Shown piece after piece: positions 30,703-39,107 of a stretch of 64,000 nucleotides of DNA. Within the stretch, counting starts at the first letter, position 1. Each line of letters begins with the position of its first letter. The translations under genes and the position numbers were made by a program. Below the pieces are notes generated by a model. That model saw nothing but the letters and a program-made list of their open reading frames with translations. It had not been told where the DNA came from and ran no database searches. This DNA is from a virus (Duplodnaviria; Caudoviricetes): IMG/VR virus record IMGVR_UViG_3300014204_000120, positions 64,001 to 128,000 of that record; one strand, written 5' to 3'.

Positions 30703-31404
30703 ATGAGTTTTAAACAATATATAAAGAATAAAAATGAGCAACTAATAATAGAGTCTGGGTTTTCTAGATTGGCTCAAATTATTACCGGATTAGTACCAAG
30801 TGTTAAAACTTTTGCTTTTGTAACATGGGAAAATCCAATGAATCAAGAATTAAACAAAAAAGAAAACGAAGATAGAAATAATCGGTTAAAAAGTCAATTA
30901 AGAAGTGGAGCATATGGTTTTATTCAAATACATGGTAAATATGATTATTTAGAAAATCCATATTTTATTTTAAATATAACTGAAAAAAATGCTATTGAAT
31001 TAGGCAAAGAAGGAAAACAAGAATCTGTTATCTTTGGCTTTGGAGAAGTTAAAGATAAATTTAATATTACTTTTAAAATGATATATTGTTTTACCGATCA
31101 AATACTTGTTAGGAGAGTGCGGCGAACTCGTGAAGAAAACAATTATTATTCAGAATATAAAGGTGGAAAATTTCAAATACCATTTTTTGATGATCACTTT
31201 AAAACAGCTAAGTTTGATAAAGGTAAAATAGTTAAAGATTCATATAATATATTTTATCAAAAAGACTTTCCAGAAGAAATTATTAATGAAGTAGAAAAGC
31301 GTGTATCAGATAGATATGATGAAAAATTGATTGGAAAACATCACTGGCTTATGCGCGGTATATCTTTTGAAATGCTTAAAGAATATCTACAAAACAAATC
31401 TTGA
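30703..31404 (+). CDS. Phage protein, ES.LSR family (paralog 4)
   Basis: ESGFSRL, TWENP, ENEDRNNRL, LGKEGKQESVI. Confidence 0.7.
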   Translation: MSFKQYIKNKNEQLIIESGFSRLAQIITGLVPSVKTFAFVTWENPMNQELNKKENEDRNNRLKSQLRSGAYGFIQIHGKYDYLENPYFILNITEKNAIELGKEGKQESVIFGFGEVKDKFNITFKMIYCFTDQILVRRVRRTREENNYYSEYKGGKFQIPFFDDHFKTAKFDKGKIVKDSYNIFYQKDFPEEIINEVEKRVSDRYDEKLIGKHHWLMRGISFEMLKEYLQNKS

Positions 31405-31429
31405 CAATATTTTTGGAAGATATTATATT
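31401..31429 (+). promoter_or_regulatory. Sigma70-type promoter TTGACA-17-TATATT
   Basis: Perfect -35 and 17-nt spacer upstream of ligase operon. Confidence 0.8.
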
Positions 31430-31461
31430 TGTAATACACATCATACAGAAAGGATGTTTAA

Positions 31462-31728
31462 ATGTATTCAGTCTATTCACTTAGAAAGAATGGTTATCGT
31501 GTATGGGTTCAGCACATTCGACCTGTTATAACAATTCAAGATGATAATAATAATTTTCGGGATGAAGTACTTTCTCGTGGTGGAGAAACTAAGGTTGAAG
31601 TTAGAGTTAGGGATACAGACGCTTTGATTGGTGTAGGTACAGCTCGTTGTAGTTTAAAAGATAATTATAATAAGAAATTGGGCGTTCAAATTGCTTTAGG
31701 TAGAGCATTATGTGGTAAACTAAGTTAA
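31462..31728 (+). CDS. Conserved phage hypothetical protein
   Basis: GGET...G.ARCS..DNYNKKLG..IALGRA pattern. Confidence 0.7.
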   Translation: MYSVYSLRKNGYRVWVQHIRPVITIQDDNNNFRDEVLSRGGETKVEVRVRDTDALIGVGTARCSLKDNYNKKLGVQIALGRALCGKLS

Positions 31729-31742
31729 AAAGGAGTTATTTG

Positions 31743-32852
31743 ATGTCTTTATCATATGATGAAATGAAGTTGAAGTTAATTCAGGCGTGTGATTCTTATT
31801 ATAATAAATCATTTTCTTTTATAACAGATAAAGAATTTGATGACCTTAAAGATGCGTTTAAAGAACAATATCCAGATGATCCGTTTTTAAAAACCATTGG
31901 TGCTCCTGTTCCTGAAGCTTCTGATTGGTCTAAAGTAAAACATAGTATTCCTATGTGTTCGTGTAATAAGGTTAAAACTGTTGATGAATTTATAGATTGG
32001 TGTGCTTCTAATCGTTTTGATGCAGATACAGCTTTAATTACATCAGAAAAGTTAGATGGAATGTCTTTATCAATAGATTATATTAATGGTAAATTAGTTA
32101 ATGGTATTACTCGTGGAGATGGTTTTATTGGTGAAGCAATTACACAAAATGTAATTAAAATGCAAAATGTTAAAGTTAATCTTGATAATAAGTATACTGG
32201 GAGTCTGCGTGGTGAAGTTCTATTAAATAAAAATGATTTTAAGGCTGTTAATTTAATATGTGAAGCTCGTGGTGAAAAAGGATTTCAGAACATACGTAAT
32301 GGAGCTTCTGGTATAGCTAAAAGATATGACTCTAAGTATTCAGAATATCTATATGTAAGATATTATTATGCTTCTGGTGATTTTAAAACCAAATCAGAAA
32401 TGTATCAATTTATTGAATCATTAGGTTTAAAAACATGTAAACATTTTTCTGGAAACTTTGAAACATCTAAAATAGTTTATAATGAATACGAACAATCTAT
32501 TAGAGCAGGATTGGATCATGCCATTGATGGATTAGTTATAGAACCAGATAATATTGAAACGCTTAATGATTTAGGTATGCTTAATGAGAATTTGAGAGGT
32601 CAAATTGCTTGGAAGTTTACTAGTGAAACAGCAATGACTAAGATTAAGGATATTGTCTGGCAGTTGGGTAACAGTTCGCGTATCACTCCTGTTGCAATTT
32701 TAGAGACAGTAGAATTAAATGGAGTTAATATTAGTCGTGCAACAATGCATAATTTAGATATATTTGAAAAGTTAAAGCCGTATAAAGGGGCTACTTGTTT
32801 AATATCAAGACGTGGTGATGTAATTCCTTTTATTGAAAAAGTTTATCCTTAA
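31743..32852 (+). CDS. ligA: NAD-dependent DNA ligase, N-terminal part (adenylation + OB domains)
   Basis: EKLDG (KxDG), TRGDG, RGEV, RNGASG, DGLVI, AWKF, ITPVA, RATMHN, RRGDVIP; stops before Zn finger. Confidence 0.93.
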   Translation: MSLSYDEMKLKLIQACDSYYNKSFSFITDKEFDDLKDAFKEQYPDDPFLKTIGAPVPEASDWSKVKHSIPMCSCNKVKTVDEFIDWCASNRFDADTALITSEKLDGMSLSIDYINGKLVNGITRGDGFIGEAITQNVIKMQNVKVNLDNKYTGSLRGEVLLNKNDFKAVNLICEARGEKGFQNIRNGASGIAKRYDSKYSEYLYVRYYYASGDFKTKSEMYQFIESLGLKTCKHFSGNFETSKIVYNEYEQSIRAGLDHAIDGLVIEPDNIETLNDLGMLNENLRGQIAWKFTSETAMTKIKDIVWQLGNSSRITPVAILETVELNGVNISRATMHNLDIFEKLKPYKGATCLISRRGDVIPFIEKVYP

Positions 32853-32872
32853 CATTTTAATAAGGAGTTTTG

Positions 32873-33325
32873 ATGCATTATAGAACTGTTAAAAGTATAG
32901 TTGAGAATGAGATAGATATGGCTTCTGAGTTTACATTATGTGGTATTATTATAGATGAGGATAGTTTTGAGGGGTTTTTAGAAAATGTTAAAGCTGAAAT
33001 ATTAGAAGAAATTCATGAGAAGTATGCATTTATTTCAACTAATAATATTTTATGTCATCCAGATGGTTTTGTATTGTTTGGTAGATTTATAAATGATTTG
33101 GATGAAAATAAAACTATTGCGCAGTCTAAGTCTGAAATGATGGATGATTTTTTAAAGTACGGATTATTTAATAACAACTTACAAGTTGTGAGTAAAGGAG
33201 TTGTTTTTTTATCAGGTATATTAGTGGATAATGATGATATTGAAGATGCAGAAGTAACTGAACAAAATGAATCACAAGTTAAAGGTATTGAAGAAGCAAT
33301 TAAAAAAGAAAGAAGTGAATTATGA
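32873..33325 (+). CDS. Acidic hypothetical protein
   Basis: ORF with AAGGAG RBS. Confidence 0.7.
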   Translation: MHYRTVKSIVENEIDMASEFTLCGIIIDEDSFEGFLENVKAEILEEIHEKYAFISTNNILCHPDGFVLFGRFINDLDENKTIAQSKSEMMDDFLKYGLFNNNLQVVSKGVVFLSGILVDNDDIEDAEVTEQNESQVKGIEEAIKKERSEL

Positions 33326-33873
33326 AGATTAGAAATGGATTTGTAAGTAACAGTTCTTCAAGTTCATTTATTGTTTATTTTGAAAAGCTTCCTGAAAATG
33401 TAGATGAACTTAAAAAAATGTTGTTTGGCGATAGAAAAGAATATCATTCACCATATAGCGAAGGTTTTTGGTCAACAGATCAAATAGCTGAAATTGTATG
33501 GAATGATATGCAAGAAAATAAAAATGCTACTGTTAAAGAAATTGTAGAAGATATTAAATCAGGTCATCCAGTAAATGATCCTATAGTTGAATCTATTATA
33601 GGTCAATATAATAAAATGCCGGATTACTTTAGTTATAAAAAACCAGGAACAGATGAAAAGACACCTTGGAATGAAAGATATGATAATGATACTTATGAAA
33701 AAGCATTAGATGAATATTTAAAACCTTATATAAACATGATTGATAAAGCTGCAGTTAAAGAAAAAAGAGCATTTAGATTTGAATATAGTGATAATGATGG
33801 CGAATTATATTCTGCAATGGAACACGGTAATTTGTTTGATAAAGTTAAACATCAAAAAATTTCACATCATTGA
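33322..33873 (+). CDS. MKIRxGFVSNSSSSSF-motif protein 1
   Basis: N-terminus MKIRNGFVSNSSSSSF. Confidence 0.85.
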   Translation: MKIRNGFVSNSSSSSFIVYFEKLPENVDELKKMLFGDRKEYHSPYSEGFWSTDQIAEIVWNDMQENKNATVKEIVEDIKSGHPVNDPIVESIIGQYNKMPDYFSYKKPGTDEKTPWNERYDNDTYEKALDEYLKPYINMIDKAAVKEKRAFRFEYSDNDGELYSAMEHGNLFDKVKHQKISHH

Positions 33874-33885
33874 AAGAAAAAAGTA

Positions 33886-34947
33886 ATGATTAAAAAGTAT
33901 CGCTCACCAGAATATAACTATAACTTTAATACGGAAACAGGCTTCTTTGTTAGATGGGGTAAAACATTAGAAGAAGATCCTCGTTTTTCCCCGTTCGGTC
34001 CTGAAATATTAGATCTAGAAATTAGTATTAATGGGTGTCCAAACAAATGCCCAATGTGTTATAAAGATAATACTAATAAACTTCCTACTAATATGTCATT
34101 TGAAACATTTAAATTAATATTAGATAAAATGCCTGATACATTAACTCAAATAGCTTTTGGAATTACTGGTATTCAAACAAATCCAGATTTTATTAAAATG
34201 TTAAAATATACTAAAGAAAAAGGAATTATACCTAATTTTACATTGTCAGGAATCGATTTAACAGATGAAATAGCTAAAGAAGTAGTTAATTATATTGGAG
34301 CTTGTGCTGTGTCAGCTTATGAAAGTAATAAAAATATATGTTATAATACAGTTAAGAAATTTACGGATTTGGGTATTAAACAAACAAACATTCATTTATT
34401 CACATCAAAAGAATCTAAAGATTTTGTATACGAAGTATTAAATGATACATTAATAGATGAAAGATTAAAAAATCTTAATGCTGTTGTTTTGTTAAAATGT
34501 AAACCTAAGGGTAGAGCTGCTAATAATTTTCATGTATTAACTACAAATGAATATAATGATTTGGTTAATTTTTGTTTGAAAAATAATATTAGATATGGAT
34601 TTGATTCTTGCTCAACCCCAGATTTTGAAAATGCTATTGCGATTAATAAAGAGATGTCATTAAAACAGAAGTCTGATTTATTAATGATGTCAGAAAGTTG
34701 TGAGAGTTTTGGGTTGTTTTCATCGTATATAGATGTTTATGGAAATTATTATCCGTGTAGTTTTGCTACAGGTGAAGGTGAATGGATAGAAGGATTGTCT
34801 GTTATAAATTGTAATAACTTTTTAAAAGATATATGGTTTAATGAAAAAGTTAATAAATATAGAAATATATCATTAAATACTTGTTATAAAAGCGGTTGTA
34901 GAAAATGTTTAATATTTGATATTAATCCTAAAGATTATGAAATTTAA
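33886..34947 (+). CDS. Radical SAM protein with C-terminal SPASM/Twitch-like domain
   Basis: CPNKCPMC; SCES...YIDVYGNYYPCSF...CRKC. Confidence 0.9.
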   Translation: MIKKYRSPEYNYNFNTETGFFVRWGKTLEEDPRFSPFGPEILDLEISINGCPNKCPMCYKDNTNKLPTNMSFETFKLILDKMPDTLTQIAFGITGIQTNPDFIKMLKYTKEKGIIPNFTLSGIDLTDEIAKEVVNYIGACAVSAYESNKNICYNTVKKFTDLGIKQTNIHLFTSKESKDFVYEVLNDTLIDERLKNLNAVVLLKCKPKGRAANNFHVLTTNEYNDLVNFCLKNNIRYGFDSCSTPDFENAIAINKEMSLKQKSDLLMMSESCESFGLFSSYIDVYGNYYPCSFATGEGEWIEGLSVINCNNFLKDIWFNEKVNKYRNISLNTCYKSGCRKCLIFDINPKDYEI

Positions 34948-34955
34948 GGAACAAT

Positions 34956-35168
34956 ATGAAATCGTCTGAGTTATTTGATAAAGCTTCAAAGATTATTCAA
35001 ATGAAGATAGATTCAATTACTCTTAGTAATCAGGCTATAGTTGATGCTCAAACATTAAAACAAGAAGTTGAAAGTAATAAAAATTATTATTTAGAATTCA
35101 TGGAAGCTAAAGATCTTAATGAAGTTTTAACTGGGCTTAATCACGTTATACCAAAGGGGTCATTATGA
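34956..35168 (+). CDS. Hypothetical protein
   Basis: 70 aa ORF with AAGGA RBS. Confidence 0.6.
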   Translation: MKSSELFDKASKIIQMKIDSITLSNQAIVDAQTLKQEVESNKNYYLEFMEAKDLNEVLTGLNHVIPKGSL

Positions 35169-35470
35169 AGATTAGAAAAGGATTTGTAAGTAATAGTTCT
35201 AGTTCCAGTTTTATTATAATGCAGAAAAGAATGGATTTATCACAAACTGAATTAGATAAACGTAATAAAAAAATATTATTGGATTATGGTATAGATAAAA
35301 GTGATATTAAAGATACTTTAAAAGAATATGAAAAAAATCAACTTATACTAATTTATACTTCAGTAGATCAAAATGCTTTTTCAGGTGAAGGAGAGTCTCC
35401 TGATTCAATTATATATAAGTTAATGGAAAAATTAAACATTAAGGATATTACAATAAAAATAGAAGATTAG
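35165..35470 (+). CDS. MKIRxGFVSNSSSSSF-motif protein 2
   Basis: MKIRKGFVSNSSSSSF. Confidence 0.85.
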   Translation: MKIRKGFVSNSSSSSFIIMQKRMDLSQTELDKRNKKILLDYGIDKSDIKDTLKEYEKNQLILIYTSVDQNAFSGEGESPDSIIYKLMEKLNIKDITIKIED

Positions 35471-35478
35471 GAGAAAAT

Positions 35479-35988
35479 ATGAAAATTAGAAAAGGATTTG
35501 TTAGTAATTCAAGTAGTTCATCTTATATTATTACATTAGATAAGAATAAAGCAGATTTTTTAGCAGATATGGTTACAGCTTATGAATATGGAGCATTTAA
35601 TGTAAACTATATTGTTGAAAATATAAAAAAGACAATTAAGGAATGCGAAGAACCAGATCAAGTAAGTATTTCTTTTATGGCAGAACATATGCAAAATCGT
35701 ATTAATGATTTAAAGTTATTGTTAGAAAAAATATACGATTTAACTAAAATTGAAGACGAAGATAAGAATAGTAGATATTATGTGTGTAATACTTCGGTTA
35801 TAGAATTGTTATTAAACGAATATTATAATGTGAAAATTGAAGAATTAACTAAGATTATTAATGTTTCTGGTTGGACCCCTATGCATAATAGTTATAATGA
35901 TATGCCAGAAATATTGAAGGATATTATTATTTGGTATACATTTGAAGATCCTAAGGTTATTTTAAAAACTAAACAAATAGAAGAATAA
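35479..35988 (+). CDS. MKIRxGFVSNSSSSSF-motif protein 3
   Basis: MKIRKGFVSNSSSSSY. Confidence 0.85.
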   Translation: MKIRKGFVSNSSSSSYIITLDKNKADFLADMVTAYEYGAFNVNYIVENIKKTIKECEEPDQVSISFMAEHMQNRINDLKLLLEKIYDLTKIEDEDKNSRYYVCNTSVIELLLNEYYNVKIEELTKIINVSGWTPMHNSYNDMPEILKDIIIWYTFEDPKVILKTKQIEE

Positions 35989-35997
35989 GGAGAAAAT

Positions 35998-36345
35998 ATG
36001 AAAATTAGAAATGGGTTTGTAAGTAATAGTAGTTCTAGTTCTTTTATTGTTGCTGTAAAAAAGAATACTAAAGTAAAATTTACTGGTGAAATTGATTTAA
36101 AATCGTTAGCAGACTATGTTTGTGAAGATGAAGACGATTTAATAAAAGCACTTGCAGAGATAGATAATGATGATAAAAAGTTGTTTACTAAATGTTTGAA
36201 ATTGATTGAAGAAGGTAATACAATTTTATTTGGTTCATTTGATGATCAATCCGGTGATACTATAGAAGGAGCTATATGTGAGTGTGGTATAGATAGAAAA
36301 AATAATCCACATGTAACAGTTATTGAAAACGAAGCAGGATACTAA
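35998..36345 (+). CDS. MKIRxGFVSNSSSSSF-motif protein 4
   Basis: MKIRNGFVSNSSSSSF. Confidence 0.85.
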   Translation: MKIRNGFVSNSSSSSFIVAVKKNTKVKFTGEIDLKSLADYVCEDEDDLIKALAEIDNDDKKLFTKCLKLIEEGNTILFGSFDDQSGDTIEGAICECGIDRKNNPHVTVIENEAGY

Positions 36346-36354
36346 GGAGGAAGT

Positions 36355-36753
36355 ATGAAAGTTCGTTTAGGATTTGTAAGTAATAGCAGCTCCAGTTCGT
36401 TTGTATTAGTTGCAGATAAAAAGGATTTTGATGAAGCAATAGTAAAATTACATCCATCAATACAACATGTAATTGGTAGAACTAAAACTGTAAATTTTAA
36501 TGGTAAAGATATTATATGCATTTTAGATCATGAATCAACAGAAGATGTTTGTTTTCAGGATATTTTTGAAGATTATGAAAGTCATAAATTTATAAATCAT
36601 GAAGGAAAAGAAGTTGTATTAACTGAAGAAGAAATGGACGATTGGGATACTATTGAAGGTATAGTATATATGCGTGAAAGCGCTTTGAGAATTTTAAGTG
36701 ATAAAATTAAAAAAATGAAAAAAGATTGTGTTTTTGAAAGTCTTTCTTGTTAA
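36355..36753 (+). CDS. MKIRxGFVSNSSSSSF-motif protein 5
   Basis: MKVRLGFVSNSSSSSF. Confidence 0.85.
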   Translation: MKVRLGFVSNSSSSSFVLVADKKDFDEAIVKLHPSIQHVIGRTKTVNFNGKDIICILDHESTEDVCFQDIFEDYESHKFINHEGKEVVLTEEEMDDWDTIEGIVYMRESALRILSDKIKKMKKDCVFESLSC

Positions 36754-36764
36754 TTGAGAATATT

Positions 36765-37208
36765 ATGAAGATCAGAAAAGGATTTGTAAGTAATAGTTCA
36801 ACTAGTTCATTTTTAATATATGGAATTGCAATTGATAGTGAAGATAGAGATGTTATACTTATAAATGAAATTAAAAAACTGAAAACAATTGAAGAATTTA
36901 AATCAGTTTATAAGTATACAGATGAAGAAATATACAATATAATTCACCAAGAAAATCAAACTGTTGATCAAATTATTGAAAAACTTACTGAAGAATATGA
37001 AGATGATTGGGAAGATCTAAAATCTGATAGTAGTGATTTATTTTTTGGTACTTCTGATGTAGGTTATTATATTGGAAAATCACCACAGAGTGCGCCAAAT
37101 GATATAACTTTTGCTGATTGGAAAAAACAAATTGAAGAAGAAACCAGTGAACTTTTAGGTAAAAAAGTTAAATGTAGTTGGATTGAAGAGGCATGGTCTG
37201 ATGGATAA
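36765..37208 (+). CDS. MKIRxGFVSNSSSSSF-motif protein 6
   Basis: MKIRKGFVSNSSTSSF; start moved to ATG 36765. Confidence 0.85.
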   Translation: MKIRKGFVSNSSTSSFLIYGIAIDSEDRDVILINEIKKLKTIEEFKSVYKYTDEEIYNIIHQENQTVDQIIEKLTEEYEDDWEDLKSDSSDLFFGTSDVGYYIGKSPQSAPNDITFADWKKQIEEETSELLGKKVKCSWIEEAWSDG

Positions 37209-37431
37209 TAAAAAAATCAAACAAGTATTAGTTGATGGTAGAGGTTTTATTTATGCTGAAGGTGATATATCTTCTGGTATATCTCCTTGTAAGTTAGAGT
37301 GGTTTGAAGTTAATGGCGAAATGGCTATTGTTAAATGGATAAAAGCTACTTATCCTGATGGAACTGTAAAAGAATTTAATGGAAAATATATAATTGAAGT
37401 TGAATACTATCCATTGAAAGCGAAGGAGTAA
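37201..37431 (+). CDS. Hypothetical protein
   Basis: ORF coupled to neighbours; start moved to ATG 37201. Confidence 0.6.
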   Translation: MDNKKIKQVLVDGRGFIYAEGDISSGISPCKLEWFEVNGEMAIVKWIKATYPDGTVKEFNGKYIIEVEYYPLKAKE

Positions 37432-37434
37432 TAG

Positions 37435-38235
37435 ATGAATAAGGAATATTTCACTCCACCATTGAATTGCCCTGTATGTAATTGTGAAACTAAACGAGAT
37501 GGAGTTTATTTAATTTGTCCTAATCCTGAATGTTCTGGTGGAAAAATCGGGGATTTGATTAAATGGATTAAAAAGCTTGATTTAAAAGGCGTTGCAGAAG
37601 CTACCTTAGAAAAACTATATAACGCTGAATTAGTGGCAACCCCAGCAGACCTTTATAAATTAAAACCAGAATTAATTGAAAACTTAGAAGGTTTTGGTTC
37701 CAGTTCAGCTAATAAGATTGTTGAAACATTAAATGAAAAGAAAGATATATCGTTTGGTGAGTTTATAGGTGGATTGAATATACCTAATGTTAGTCAAAAA
37801 ACAGCCGAATTGTTAGAACGTAATGGATATGATACCATAAATAAACTATTAGAATCAAAGTCTATTGATTTATCTAATATTAAAGGTATTGGTGAAACTA
37901 CGGCAAATGATATAATTAATGGCATTTCAAAGAAGAAAGATGTTATATTACAATTATTGAATGTTGGTATTAAGATAAAGGAGAAAGTTAAAATGACAAA
38001 GTCACATCCATTGACAGGGAAAAAGGTAGTTTTTACTGGTGCTTTGAATATTAAAAGAAACGAAGCACAGAAAATGGTAATGGAAGTTGGTGGAGAGTGC
38101 CCGTCGTCTTTAAGTAAGGATACTGATTTTCTTGTTATGGCAGATCCAAATTCTGGTTCTTCTAAGGCTGTTAAGGCACAATCATATGGAACAAAAGTTC
38201 TTAGTGAAGATCAATTTATGGAATTGTTTGAATGA
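37435..38235 (+). CDS. ligA: NAD-dependent DNA ligase, C-terminal part (Zn finger, HhH, BRCT)
   Basis: CPVC...CPNPEC, LEGFG, IKGIG HhH motifs, GKKVVFTGAL...SSKAVKA BRCT; own AAGGAG RBS. Confidence 0.92.
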   Translation: MNKEYFTPPLNCPVCNCETKRDGVYLICPNPECSGGKIGDLIKWIKKLDLKGVAEATLEKLYNAELVATPADLYKLKPELIENLEGFGSSSANKIVETLNEKKDISFGEFIGGLNIPNVSQKTAELLERNGYDTINKLLESKSIDLSNIKGIGETTANDIINGISKKKDVILQLLNVGIKIKEKVKMTKSHPLTGKKVVFTGALNIKRNEAQKMVMEVGGECPSSLSKDTDFLVMADPNSGSSKAVKAQSYGTKVLSEDQFMELFE

Positions 38236-38537
38236 ATAGATTAGAATCCGTAGATCAAATACCAAATTTAGGTATTGTTGTTATCTTAGTACAAGTTGAG
38301 TCTAGAACTCCTTGTAAAAAATTTTTAAATGAAATGAACGCTTGTATTAGTGAATTATTAAAAGATGTTAATGCGACTTATTATACTTTAGAATTAACTA
38401 ATGTCATAAAAGAATCATTAGGAGTACATTATATACCAACAGTTATAGTTTATAAGGATGGAAAAGAAACTAAAAGGTTTAATGGTCATTATTGGAGTAA
38501 ATTTCAAATTGCTGGATATATTCGGGAAGGATTATGA
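38232..38537 (+). CDS. Thioredoxin-like protein, degenerate active site
   Basis: SRTPCK in place of WCxxC; GVHYIPTVIVYKDG. Confidence 0.65.
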   Translation: MNRLESVDQIPNLGIVVILVQVESRTPCKKFLNEMNACISELLKDVNATYYTLELTNVIKESLGVHYIPTVIVYKDGKETKRFNGHYWSKFQIAGYIREGL

Positions 38538-39106
38538 AAAAAAAGAAGGATATAAAGAAAGATATAGAAAAGGATATAGATAGTTCTGAAATATTTTCAA
38601 CTGTTAAAGAAATGTTTAGTTCTATAACAGAAAGATTAAAAAATAGACCTTGGTATCAAAAGATCTGGGATTATATTTATTATAGAATTATTGTTAAGAT
38701 ATGGGATATAATTAATCCTGTATATAATTGGCGTAGGTTAAGATTTTTATGGCAAAGAATTACAAGAGGATTTGATGATTCTGATACTTGGAGTTTAGAT
38801 GATACTATAGCTAAGTTTATTTTACCTAGACTTAAAAGATTTCGTGAACTTGAATTAAAAGGATTTCCTGGTAATATATCTAAATTAACATGGGAAGAAG
38901 AAAGTAAGTTAAGTAAAGAAGCATCTGAAGCACATTGGGAACAAATGGAGAAGGATTGGAACGAAATAATAGATAAAATGATTTTAGCATTTGAAACTAT
39001 AGTAAAAGATGATTGGAAAGATATTAATGATATGCAGAACCAAGAAAAAATTATAAATGAAGGATTGAGTTTATTTGCTCAATACCTTAGAGGATTATGG
39101 TGGTAA
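38534..39106 (+). CDS. Conserved phage hypothetical protein
   Basis: DTWSLD.TIA.FILPRL, W..IIDKMI.AF, EGL.LF..Y...LW. Confidence 0.7.
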   Translation: MKKKKDIKKDIEKDIDSSEIFSTVKEMFSSITERLKNRPWYQKIWDYIYYRIIVKIWDIINPVYNWRRLRFLWQRITRGFDDSDTWSLDDTIAKFILPRLKRFRELELKGFPGNISKLTWEEESKLSKEASEAHWEQMEKDWNEIIDKMILAFETIVKDDWKDINDMQNQEKIINEGLSLFAQYLRGLWW

Positions 39107-39107
39107 A

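Noticed and set aside
22690-31531. Nested plus-strand ORFs 22690-22887 and 31331-31531
   Set aside because: Out-of-frame overlaps with real genes or a promoter; no supporting features
33322-36812. Ser-motif repeats as a CRISPR array or DGR template/variable repeats
   Set aside because: Repeats are coding, differ at synonymous sites, are spaced by whole genes, and no cas or reverse transcriptase gene is present
32853-37434. Intein or self-splicing intron explaining the ligase split
   Set aside because: No C/S...HN intein ends, no non-coding structured segment or homing endonuclease; both halves have their own start, stop and RBS
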